A stretch of 64,000 bases of DNA, taken from the NCBI GenBank assembly GCA_046563655.1, contig CM102284.1, forward strand, positions 372,001-436,000. Reading direction: 5' to 3'. The stretch comes from Yuukianura sp. NJ FZ-2021 (Eukaryota). Made by a program: the position numbers and the translations under genes. The notes under the pieces were generated by a model. It saw only the letters and a list, made by a program, of their open reading frames with translations. It was not told the DNA's origin and searched no databases. Below, one piece after another: positions 46,350 to 63,176 of the stretch (position 1 is the first letter of the stretch; every line of letters begins with the position of its first letter).

Positions 46350-49300
46350 ATGTCGTCCAGGTATGATCACACATCTATCAACTTTGTTAATTCACTTAAT
46401 TCCTTACCTAACTTAATAAATTAATTAATTGCCTTGGCTAACTAACAAACAGGGTTACGACGAAGGGTGACATGTCCACTCGCTTGCGAAGAAACGACGA
46501 CCACAACATAGGCAGAAGCAAACAACCTTCTAATAGGCCAAGGCCCAGGACCACGGACACTGTGAATGTAAGTTAAAAAACACTAAACCTGCAATCTACA
46601 TTGATTTTCTTTTAATAAGCTTTCATTAATTGATAATTATTTTAACAACAGGAAGTCACACCACCCCCTGTGGAGCTGTCCTCAGAATTTCACAAAATCT
46701 ACTCCGAGTTCATGTCAACTGAAAAGTACATTCGAAACTTCCTCACCGAGAGAGAATTTAGTCAAGTAGTCGAAGATAGAAAAAAGTTAACTCGCGCAAT
46801 TACTTCTCTCTTCAGTTCCTGTTCCGATCTACTGTCTTCTAGCCTTACTGATTTTGCCCGCCTTAACATCGATTATCGCTTCTGGAAGTCCTCTGTACAC
46901 CAAATTGTACATGCTGGCAGAATCGCTTCAGCATCAAAACCTTCAGCGAAACCGGAAATCCAAAAACTGGTTTCATTTTTTCTCGAGAAAGGCCTCAAGC
47001 ACATGGAAGAACTAAGAGATGCTGTTGTTAAAAAGTGTCCGTACACAAGAAATCAGCTGACCGGAGGAGCAGACTACTTTAGTTCATGTCCAGAAGGAAA
47101 CAAGGCAGCCAAAGATTGTCATCCAAGAATCTTAATCTCAATTGGTGATACACACAGATATGCAAATAGTTTGAAGTTGGCAATGGATAGTTACGAACAG
47201 GCGAGAAGTATCGATCCAGGAAATGGCACGGCATATCATCAGCTGGGATTGATGGCTTTACTTCAACGTGACTTTTTATCCGCTGCTTATGACTTTTTAA
47301 GAGCCACTTCCAGTCCTGCAGATTCCGTTGATGGAGCGACAGCTCAACTGCAAATTGCTTTTGATGAAGCACTCAAAGTGTACAATCGAAGTTCGGCGAC
47401 ATTTTGGTTCCAGTGTGCCAGGAAACCCGAAGACAGAAAAAGTGATAGTAATAACATCAAAGAAGTTTGGATTTTTCGTAAAGGTGATAAAGTGCCGCCT
47501 GTTCCAGAAGAACTGGACACAAAAGAGAGTCACTGGAAAAAGGTGGAAGAAAAGGAGCTCAGTCATCGTTTCTACCTTACTTTCGTTCTGGTCATTGGAA
47601 AACTTTGGACAAACGTCGGAACGGAGAATCTTAACGTTTTGGCTGAAGAATGTCTGGTTAGTAACTTAATTTTTTCAACTTTTCATCCATATTGACTTTC
47701 AACTTTTAAATATTCTATGTAATTTGGTACTTTCTGTAATTTTTTCTTATTTTTGTATATTTTCAATTTTCAGGTATATTTGGAAGGACTTTTACAACGT
47801 GGCAGTACTTTTCTTCCGCTCAGAATTTTGCAAGTAGTGTCTCTTCTCCTCATGCTTTTGGATCATCTTCGTCCAAAAGGCTCCTCAAATCCTGTCTGGA
47901 CCACAGCAATTCAATTTTCACTGGAGATTTTTACCATCATGTGTGCTCGATTAGCCAAATTGATCGATCTTTGTGACTGGGACTCTCCACAACTGGATAC
48001 ACTTGCAGTAGGAGTCTCTACTTTTGTCACTTGGATGGAACACCATGAGAAAGACTGGAAGTCCAGACATCCACGACCTGTGTTCAGTGCCAAGTATTGC
48101 ATGAAGTCCAAAGACGATTTTGTACAAGATCGACTGGACCATGTTTGGACAACGTTTGCCTCCCTAATGACCAAACTGACCTGGATGTTCAGGAGATTCA
48201 AGTCCAGCCTGTTTCCATCAGTAGTGTCAGATGAAGATGAAGAGAGGTCAAAGGTCGAACACAAAGTACTGCTGTCACCTTTTCCAGAAGCAAAGCACAT
48301 GTATGGACTCGCAGGATTGGCCAAAAGCAGTCTGCTCAAGTACAAGTACTTTTGTGATAGTAAACTCCGGAGCAGTCGCGGACGAAACTACATTCGGCTT
48401 AACAATATTTTCCGGTTCGGGCTGATCGTTTTGTACGAAAAATGCAAAATATTGGAACTTAAAACTGTTAACGACGTGGAACAGTTCTCGAGTCGTGTCA
48501 AAGTGAAGTCGACTTATGTAGAATCAGAAGTCGGAGGATTAGACAACCACCACATGCTGAATCTGGATAAAAATTGTACGATTTTCGATATAAACCAGTC
48601 TGGACATGGCCAATTTCATCAAAATCTGTCGATTAGTCAACGATTTGGAGATGTCAACAGCTGTTGCAGAATTCTATTGAAGAAGCAGAAGAAGCTCGAT
48701 AACGATGGAAATCCAGCTGATCCTGACCAGGATAAATTATCTCCAGTATCCGCGATAAAGATGGATAAAGTATCTCCAGTATCCGCGATAAAGATGGATA
48801 AAGTATCTCCAGTATCCGCGATGAAGATAAAGGCTCAAACAAGGTTATCGAAGAAGGTCAAACGTCATAAAAGAACTTTGAAAATGTGGGAACAGTTTAC
48901 CAAGGAAGGACTTGCGACTGACATTGTCATTGAACCGACCAACTTCGTTCTGGACACGAACTGCTTCGTGAGGAAACTGGGCATGATCAAAGTTCTCATT
49001 TGCTTAGCTACCCGCCCACTCTTGATTCCAGTCTCAGTCGTTCTCGAACTCAAAGGCTTATCCAAAGGAGGACTACGGAAACAGGACCAAGTTCGATATG
49101 GAAGTGACGTCAGGTAACACCTTGTTCCGTATTTAGGGCTAGACGAAGTTCTAAATTATAACTTATAAATTATAGAAATTATGGGAAATATGGAAATTTT
49201 GATCCTGCCTCTATAATTTTTCTAATTTCCATAATTTCTATAAATTGTATAATTTCTATAAGAATTATAGAAATTATAGCAATTTATAGAGTAGCAGTAA

Positions 49301-50055
49301 TAGCAGTATAGCAGTATATTGGCTATAAATTCTATAATTTCTATACTTGCTATAATTTTTGCAGTTGTAATAATTGCTATGCTTGTTATAATTTATTTAT
49401 AAGGTCCCTTATGTTGAAAGTTTTTTATACAACGCAATTACTACTATTATAATGTGTTTAACTATTTTATAGAAATGCAGTTGTACAACAGAAGTTGGTG
49501 GATGGACAGGAAGTTGGAGAAAGGTGCCTTGAAGCGCTGACTTTCATAGCAGATAACATGAATTACTTCCGAGTGATTACCTCCAGTGGGACGGTTTTAA
49601 AAATAAGGACTCCTCATGCCTTCGTCAAGGACGATTCCTTTGACCCCTCGGACAACAACGATGACAGGATCCTCCAGTCATGTCGGAAGTTAGAAGAACT
49701 TGACCTTTGTCTCCGTGACAAGGACACTTTCAGAAGGATTTACCGGAGAACGGTGCTGCTCACTTCGGATCGGTGCTTGAGACTCAAGAGTAACCTGTGC
49801 TACTACATTCCTGCTCGACCCATCACTCCGGTTGTCTTTTGGCTAATTAGTCAATGCTCAATTAAGTTCTACGTGGGTGTGACGAGGTCATTCACGAACA
49901 TACGGGACAAGAGGTTCCAGAAAAGGAGGGAGAAACGAGACATGTCAAAGGCCCTCAGAAAAGCTGCTTCACCACTGCCGAGAGAACCTGAAACGAAAGT
50001 GAGGGCCATTCTGCCACGTCCGGAGCTCCTGATGCTAAACAAAAGCTTCTCTTAA
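46350..50055 (+). CDS. SMG6/EST1A-like protein (EST1 TPR/14-3-3-like domain plus C-terminal PIN nuclease), 5 exons, ~1017 aa
   Basis: Exons 46350-46360, 46453-46567, 46652-47656, 47774-49113, 49473-50055 splice in frame. TPR motif LISIGDTHRY..YEQARSIDPGNGTAYHQLG; PIN motifs FVLDTNCF, IPVSVVLELKGL, NNDDRILQSC, VLLTSDRCLRLK. Confidence 0.85.
49155..49400. repeat. AT-rich AATTATAG/CTATAATT low-complexity repeat in SMG6-like intron 4
   Basis: Alternating direct and inverted copies of AATTATAGA are visible directly. Confidence 0.6.
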
Positions 50056-50638
50056 TTAACTGATGCAACAATCTACGAATTGATTTCTACATCTTCACCA
50101 ATTACTGTATTTTCTTATTTTCGAAAGTGACTACAATAGCTCGAAAACCAAATTCCTAAACTGTCAAAATGTTTTGCTTAATAAAACTATGATTTATTTT
50201 CTGTATTTATAATTATAAATTTTAGAAGTACTACAAATATACATATTATAATATTACATTATAATATAATATTATAATTATAATAGTTACCTATAATTAT
50301 TCGTCTCTGCTTCGTCTCAATACGAATGGACCGCCTTATCTGGTGGCGGGATTCTTCCAAATTCAAACTTCCTATGATTTGTTTTGAATTTTTGCTGTGT
50401 TTTTTTCAGTTTTCCGTTTTTTATGTTTTAATCACTTGTTTTTATTGTTTTGCGTAGAAAAGTTTGCACTGCTGACTAATTCATTGCTCAATTAATTAGT
50501 AGTTTGGTGAGTACAAGTAAGTTACCTGAATTTTCGATTGGACTAATTGAGTGTTTGAATTGTTTTAGGTTTGTGATTTGGTCAATCTTCAATTCATTGT
50601 TCTCGTTCTCATGCTTGTGAAACCTGGCTTCGTAAACA

Positions 50639-52613
50639 ATGAGTAGTACTGAAAAGAAGAGTAAACTGGATACGGGAGCAGCTGGACTCGGTTTGGGTAA
50701 TCTAAATGTGATTGGTGAAGAGAGTGAAGACGAAGGGAGAGAAGATGAGGTAAGGTCAATTATTCGTTAAGTTCAAGACATAAATCACGTTAAGTTATAT
50801 AAGTAGTTGATTTGTAATTTAAACGTCTTATTCCATCTTTGTAACAGATCAAGGAGCTACTGGCACATGCGTTCAGTGTAGAGACACTTGGGGATGAAGG
50901 AGACGAAGATCCAGAGGAGTCTGGAGAGGAAGAGCAATTGGACAACGTTGACAGTGGACAGATCATTCGTCAAAAGTTGGTCCATCTTGATGTTAATGCT
51001 GTTGGTGATACACCAACAGCATTAGGAGTTAGGGAGCCAGTATCTCTGTTCCATGGCAGTCACTGTCCAGCTGAAGGTGACCGAAATGGGAACTACGAGG
51101 GTACTTGGGCCACTGCTGCTGGGGATGGAGAGACCCTCAAGGAATTGAAGACGTATGCTGAGTTTAAAGAGAGGCAAGCACAACGAGCACAGGAAGAAGT
51201 TGCGACATTGGCTAAGGAAAAGAGAGCTTTGGCCCATCAACTCGCACTTCTCAAAACTGAAGCTCTTGCGATGAAATCCACAGAAGAGGAACTTCGGAAG
51301 ACCATAAGTAAGTGATTAATTGAACCAATTTAACTTCCAAATCCAAAACTTCAACTTACTTTTCCTTTTCTTAGGTTTGAAGGAAGAGCAAAACGATTTT
51401 TTCAAGGAAAAAGTCAGCGAAGTTCTCCGGCAGTATGAATCGGCTAGGAAAAAGGAAAACGAAACCAAAGACAACAATCTTAGACTCCAATCACAAGTAA
51501 GAGAAAACTGATTTTTGCAAATTTTGAACTTTTCCATTTCTGTTCTGAAACTGACTGGTCTAGCTTTTGTTTTTAGGTGGAAAAGTTGCAGCAGGAGATA
51601 AAACTGCTTTCAGCGATTGGTCTGTCCACAAAGGAGGCTGATCTCAACGACGCTTTGCGCCAGACACGTCAGAAGCATGCTTCTGAACTAAATTCATGGA
51701 GAGACAAAGTTACCGAACTGGAACAAACCATTCAAAACCTCCAGCATCAGCAAGCTGACCAGATTCAAAAGGATACTGGTCCAGCATCTTCCAGCATCGG
51801 TGGAAAAATGGAACCTGAGACTCACGAAGTTGAAATACAAACAACCTTTGACAACCAAGTCCAAACAGAAGTCAAAGCAGAGAGGGAGAGACATGCTACC
51901 GAGAAGGAACTCTGGATGAAACATTTGGCTTCCTTGGAAGGCCGTCTCCAGGTAACCATGTTACCATGGCAACTACTGTCTCAATCTCATTCATCCTTCA
52001 CATCAATTACTCAACTAATTACTTAATTAACTCAACTGTTTACTTGAATGACTTAAACTGACTATTCCTCTGAATTCAGGAATTGATCATTCGACGTCAA
52101 GATGGGAAGTCTGTCCAAGTTCAGACCATGTCAAGTGGACCACCACGTGATGAGTCCATCGTCACATCTAACCAGTCCAAAATGCCAGAAGCCGTTTCAA
52201 TCCAAGTCCAAACCGACAACTTTGCAACCGCGACTCGGAATGTATCCGACACTGGATCAGGTGGAAGTGAAACTGTTGAAGTCCAAACTGAAGAAACGAT
52301 GGAAACCTACCGAATTCTGGGTGGATTAATTGAATCTTGGATAGTCGAGGTGACTGAAGCAGAAGAGAGAGCAGTCAAATCGGAAACTGAAGCGGCAGAA
52401 CTGACCAAGGGACTCAGAACTCTCAAAGTACGGTTCCGAATGCTCAAGAAGTTGGTGATGCTGTGCCGGAAGGAGTGGAGTGTCCGGGAAAACGCGCTCA
52501 TCGAACGCTGGAATGCTTCGGAGGAGAGATTTCGTAACTTCCTGGAAGCGCTTGGCGACAGTTTCACTATGATTGAGAAGTGCATGCCACCAACTGGTCG
52601 AGGTCCGAAATGA
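50639..52613 (+). CDS. Uncharacterised coiled-coil protein with acidic N-terminus and five (V/I)xQT motifs; 5 exons, ~533 aa
   Basis: Exons 50639-50749, 50848-51307, 51375-51496, 51577-51951, 52080-52613 splice in frame; long E/K/Q/L heptad-like stretches. Confidence 0.8.
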
Positions 52614-52989
52614 GACTGAGACACAAGTGAACTTTCAACTGTTCATTACGATATGGGATGACACTTATGTTATCAATTCCATCAATCAATTTATACCTAA
52701 CTTAATTGTAGCTTACCAAATTACTTTTTACTTTCCTGATTAATGTAAATTCTAGTAAGTTAACGCTCATGTAAACCATTCCATCCAGAAAATCAATAAA
52801 AGTAAAACTTATGCACGATTTATGCTCTGCGGATTTAGACTTTTTAGAGGATTAACGAACCGAATTAAGTCTTGGCTCTTCGCAGTTTTACTCAATTTAT
52901 GATTCAATGCGTACAATGTTATGTTACGAACTAATCGTTCCTACCTTAGTGATGACTACATGTTCAATCAATTAGTTAGTTTCGGTCGA

Positions 52990-54415
52990 TTACTTGTCGT
53001 CCTTGAACTTTCCATTGTAGAAAGGGATCCATTCGTTGGTAACTCGCCAGTCTGTAACGTAGCACATTGTAACGAATGCTGCTGCTCCGAACACTGCTGC
53101 AGTGGGTACCCTGTAAGCATCAGAATCAATTGATTACTTTGACATTCTGGAGCCGCGATCACAGAGGAAGCATTAAAATTGTATTACCGTAATCTAACCT
53201 TAACCAGAAGAAAAACTTGGTTTCATTTGGAGATCACACTCCAAAACTTGGTTAGATTAAGATAACCTATGGTTTAGCCCTTAACCTAGCCAGTTTTTCA
53301 TCGTGACACGCGACACCGGGTATTTCAAAACTTACAATGTAAACAAACAGCAGCTGCTTACATACACAATCAAGTTCAAATCTCATCACCTTAGTTCGAA
53401 CAAATCACTGATCAGTTCAATTAAGTACCAATACGACTCAGTGGCTTAATTGCGGTTGTGACTCAACTAGTATAATACTAGTTGGCCGTAACTCGCAGTG
53501 TAGCCATCGTTTTCATTGTTAATTCCTAAATCGGTGACCTTGTTATTACATAATCAATCATCTCTTCCCCAAACTGTTAGGAGTACACGGACGTAAGTAA
53601 AATGGTAGTCTACCTTCTGGGCAAAGATCAATCAAGTTCATGTGAGTCACGGCCGTCTATTTAGACGAGTCAAGGCCACATGAATAGTTGTAGTGACGAC
53701 ATGAGGTGGGATGATACATTAAGTACCGAATAGACAGCATAGAACCGAATAGTAAATGGATGATACATTAAGCACCGAGTAGACTCCAAATGGAAACGAA
53801 TAGTGATGACAAGAGGTGAGGTCGTACGGTAGTTACTTCGAGGGTTCATAATGGAGACGGGCCAACAGCCGTTTTGGTGGATTAATGTAAACGTTACACG
53901 AAAATATGGAAAACAGCATCGGTCGTGACTCCAAAGAATGGTCATGACTCGATGGAGATATGATGTGGTAGGGAGATTCACGTTATTACCGAGATAAAAC
54001 TGCTCCGGACTGGTTTTTGTTTCAGCAACAAAATCTGGTTAGATTAGGAAGGTGTGATCTCTGAAACTCTTAATCGGTATTATTTTCTGGGTGATCACAC
54101 CCTAACCAGATTTTGTTGGGTTAGCTGACGATTATCTCAAGATTTGGGATAATCGGAAAAATTCCGATTAGTGGTTTCGGTGTGCTCGTCGTTTTTTCTT
54201 AGTCGGGAACTAAATTCCGATTATCTAGGCACAGCTCGCGGCTCCTGAGTTGCATTTTTGGGGTAATCCGAATTCCGAGGTAAATCCAATTACCAGTTGC
54301 GGATTTGCTGAACTTGACGTTTTCCAAACGGGATGGAACCGGTATTGTTACGTTTTGGGATACTTGTCAGTAAGACACTGCGATTCGCCAGTAGTCGCAT
54401 CGTGTTCGGCAGCAT
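52990..54415 (-). CDS. UQCR11: Cytochrome b-c1 complex subunit 10 (6.4 kDa, UQCR11/Qcr10); exons 54415-54294, 53110-52990; 80 aa
   Basis: FGKRQVQQIRNW|VPTAAVFGAAAFVTMCYVTDWRVTNEWIPFYNGKFKDDK* matches the family signature NWVPT...TDWR...W(V/I)P..NGKF. Not present in the ORF track. Confidence 0.92.
54020..54128. repeat. Short inverted repeat/hairpin element in the UQCR11 intron
   Basis: CAACAAAATCTGGTTAG..GGTGTGATC versus GATCACACCCTAACCAGATTTTGTTG; related words (GATCACAC, TGGTTAGATT) recur at ~53190-53290. Confidence 0.55.
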
Positions 54416-55619
54416 CCTGTTTTCCCGTAGGCCGCAAACTTTCCGGAACAAACTGCAAACGAAAATAAGTTATAATTGGTTTAACCAAGTGCAAAATTGC
54501 TTAACTTTAATTAGTTGAGTACAATCTGACTCCAAATCTATGTCCTTACCAATCTACCCTCGTATACTCCTATCAATCCAGAAAAGCACTGATTAATCTT
54601 GGATTTAATTTGTGTATGTACTAAAGATTTTAAGTGCAAGCAAGATTCGAGATGTCTATAATAAGGAGGTGCCCAGCTGTCTCGGTTGAAGTGAACACGC
54701 CCTATCCCAATGTATCCATGCACATAGCAGAAACGTTACTATAAATAACACTATTGTGGTTATGTGGTTAATTTAGTATGTCATTCCTTACTATTTTAGT
54801 CTTTCTTCTGCGATAGTGATGGTAGTTACTCCCTGTATGTCTTTGTGAAGGTCCATGCGATTGCTTTCTTAATTTATTGCTACAAACGTGATACTACAAT
54901 ACTCATGCATGAGTACTACAGTGCATGAGCATCATGTATCATGTAGCAATCAATTATTTGGTTATTATTATTGTTGTTATTTGAATTTGAAACTTGGTGT
55001 ATGCAACCATGGTATAGGTTGGATTGACTACTGCCCACAGAAACTTTGGTTAGGTTTTTCAAACATGCTAATTCTGTGGATTAGACACCCATTTCATACC
55101 ACTATTAAAACTGTAACGAAAATTTTATGTACACATTAGGCCTTGCGAATCCTTACTTCACCCTATCCAAAATCGCCTTGTTATTTTTTCGTCTGTTTCG
55201 CCATCTCTCTTCCTTTCATTGAGTGCTTTCCCTTTCTGGATCATTTTTCAAGCAAGATGCAAGAGAGAGAAGTACAAATTAAATTAGCACAACATCATAA
55301 AGAAAATCAATTAAATTCAACAACTTTACAACTAATTACTAGTTGTGAAGGTTAGTAAACAGTATACACGACAGCTTGGAGGTAACGTTATTGGATTGTC
55401 TTAGTTTCTTCGGCCAAACAGACAGGGACTGGTCGTGATCACTGACAGATCAAATTGTCGAGGTGGGTGGATTATGGAATTCGGATTTAATATTTCATTG
55501 TCATTGACTTGTAACAACGTAATACGTAGGTGTTACAAATTATATACATAGCATAGCTTCGAACTCCGAGCGTAATGCATTCTATGATCTCTTTCCAGTG
55601 ATTTGGTATTATCGGAGCA

Positions 55620-60347
<4,728 letters not shown>

Positions 60348-61599
60348 AAAAAAACATCAAGAAAATTCAGAAAAATCGAAAATTTCAGAAAATCGAACCA
60401 GAAAACCGTAAATTTTAGAAAATCTACTCAAAGAAAAACTGAAAATTTCATAAACATCCAAAAACCGAGCTCCTCCCTGCTTAGGTTTTACCATTTTGAA
60501 ACCATTTCTCAAGTAAACTTTTTTGTGGACTTGGAGCCCTTGGAAACTTTGATTCTTTCCCTTCGTGAGTGGAAAGTGTCCCTTCCGTTTCTCTTTCTGG
60601 ATGGAGGGGGACTTAAGAAGAAAGGGACTGCTGCTATTTTTTATGTGAAAGGCCTTGAAGGGCCCCCATCTGCTGGTTTTAACATGTTAGGTTAACGTTT
60701 GAGGGAAAAGAGCAGGGAAAAGTGTGTTCTGAGAAGAGAGAAACACCTTTCCACGAAGGGCTCCCCTCTCCTTTGTGTTGGAAATCGAGGTCAGGCAGTC
60801 GGTCAACCAAAACCAAACTCCCCCTATGCTCTTTCTTGACAAAGAAGAAGGGAAGTGGGTTCGAATCCTGCAGGAGGCAACAGGAAAAAAGAAGTGGATC
60901 GTCTTCGTCATTCAACCCCTCAGAGAAACTGAATTCTTTTTCTTCGGGTGTTGAGAAATGTACAAAGTCCTCTGAAGGTTTTAAGGGCTTCAGAAAGGAA
61001 AGGAGCACAAAGAGAGGGGAGAAAAGGAAGTTTTCTAATCAGGGAAGGGGCCTTAAGTACTCTCTTCCAACATTTATGACTCAAATTCAAAATGGAAACG
61101 AAATTTCTTTCCGTTTTTTGGATTTTTGAAGTTGATGATGAAAAGAAAAGGAAATTTTATTTTGGTTTGGATTTCGGTTTTTAGTAAACTTTGGTTTGTC
61201 TACTTGTAATTAAAAGGCTCGTTTAAATTTTATGGAGTCTGCGTTTGAGTAAACAAAATCAGAAAACGAACAATTTAGTATGTAAACATCATTATCACTT
61301 GAAAAATATTTTGACTAATTTATAGTCTATTTTAGCAGAAGACAATTTTTTTTACTTTGATTTTTTAAAAACGTGAGTTCCAGGCTGGCGGCGATCACCC
61401 ACCTGTTACGTCATCATGCAGAAACCCACTGGGTGGAGAAACTCATCAAAAACCTCAAGCCGCTATACGTTACATAAAATTTTCAATTTTATTATGCAAA
61501 TGAGCAAATTGACCTGTTTGACCTTTCAAAAGGTCAACACCAAAATAGGTCAACAGTTGACCTTTAGCCCCCCTCTACATGTTTACCTTGTATTTATAT

Positions 61600-61760
61600 C
61601 AGTGTTAGTGGATCGATAAAATATTTCTTCCACCAACTAAGTAGGTGGTCTTCAAATTAAGTGGAAGTATCCATTTATAGCCATTTCTTCCGGATAAAAC
61701 TGGATGAAATATATTATCCACTGGACGAAACGTCAAAAAAGTGGATATCCACCAACACTG
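61600..61760. mobile_element. Short internally deleted copy of the hAT-type MITE family at 41856-42271
   Basis: TIR CAGTGTTAGTGGAT / ATCCACCAACACTG; the right end is the reverse complement of the 41856 left end (GTGGATATCCACTTTTT); decayed TSD ATTTATAT/ATCTATGT. Confidence 0.72.
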
Positions 61761-63039
61761 ATCTATGTACCTCTTTTATTGACTGGCACAAAGCCAGAAT
61801 TGAGGGTGGGGAGGGGGTGGATGAAATCAGTGGGGGGTGTGGGGGTGGGAGAAACTGTTTGTTATCAGAGAAACTGTTTGTGTTTGTTGTTAAGGACGGG
61901 TGGTGGTGGGAATTTGGAAGGGAAAGTGGGATTTTGGTGACTTTTGAAAGAGTAAACATGTTAAAAGTGGAAAATAACTTCCTGTTTCTTTATGTGTAGT
62001 GGAAATCCTTTGGTTTTCCCTCAAGTGAGAATTTAGTGGGTGGGAGTGGTTTGATTCCACTGATAATTAGGAAATGAAGTATAGAAGAGAGAGAGAGTTG
62101 GAGAGTGAAGGTTGACTACTTTTCAAAAACACTTTTATTCCTGCAGTCCATAACCAATTCACTATAACACTCAATGTTAAAAAGAGCAGGAGTGGAAAGG
62201 GGGATTTCTAATCTGTCTCCATAAAAAATCTACTCGTCCTCATTTCTTTTTACGCCGTAACTTTAGTCTTTTCAGTTTCTCATGTCACAGAAACCAATGG
62301 AGTTGAAAAAATAGTAGTTTATAGTCGATTCATTTTGACTACTAACTTTGTAGGAGACGATTTCTCCTGAAAGCGCTGTGTTTTTCTGGATGCCAAAAGC
62401 CACCCCCCACCACCCCCTGCCCACACTCCATCGTAACGGACTATAAACTCTGATTTTCCCTTTTCCAAAACCGCAACTCTCTCTTTTCCATTCAGCTCAA
62501 ATGAATCATCTAAAAACTTTTCATTTTTCGTTTCTTGGCCTATTTTTAACACATATTTAAAAAAATCACTTTAACATGCAACTTTACAAAAGAAAAAATT
62601 AGGAAATTTTAAACCCGGAGAAAGCTAGCCTAAGTTCGGATTCTGAATTTGTGAATAACCTTGTAGATTTTGATTTGCAATGTTCTAATAACCTTAAAAC
62701 TTAGTTTAAAAATGTTAAGAATGTGAAAAAGTGGTGAAAGCGGGTAGTTTTGAACTTGTGTGTCACGCTGTACACTTTTCCTAATGAATATTTGTGAAAT
62801 GTAAATCCTGATTACTGGTGCAAGAGAATTTTAGACTCTTCTGAATCAACAACGCAACGACAAAACCACTTGAGAGAGAGGAAAAAAAGTTTCTCTCTTG
62901 CGTGGCTGAAAAATCCTGATGAATTTCATCGCACTCAATATCGCCTATACTAATGAAATATTAGAAGATTCGTGTTTCCGTGCGTATTGGGCATATTTCC
63001 CTCCATACTGGGCATATTGTGCATGGCTGGATTTTATGC

Positions 63040-63176
63040 ACTTTTTGTGCATACCTAAACATATTCTGTGCATACCGAACATATTTTGTGCATACCTAAA
63101 CATATTCTGTGCATACCGAACATATTTTGTGCATACCGTGCATATTTTGTGCATACCGTGCATATTTGGTGCATAA
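63040..63176. repeat. ~20-bp tandem repeat CATATTTTGTGCATACCGAA, ~7 copies
   Basis: Visible directly. Confidence 0.92.

Noticed and set aside
53670-53981. 103-aa ORF or snoRNA in the UQCR11 intron
   Set aside because: It contains a short local duplication (GGATGATACATTAAG.ACCGA.TAGAC twice), but no protein similarity and no properly paired C/D boxes on the host strand.
60679-61129. ORFs and a lone B box (GGGTTCGAATCC, ~60857) downstream of U2SURP
   Set aside because: Purine/pyrimidine-biased UTR-like sequence with no domain, and no A box or cloverleaf around the B box.
62919-63176. ORFs with repeated HILCIP / YAQNMF
   Set aside because: Translation of the 20-bp tandem repeat.
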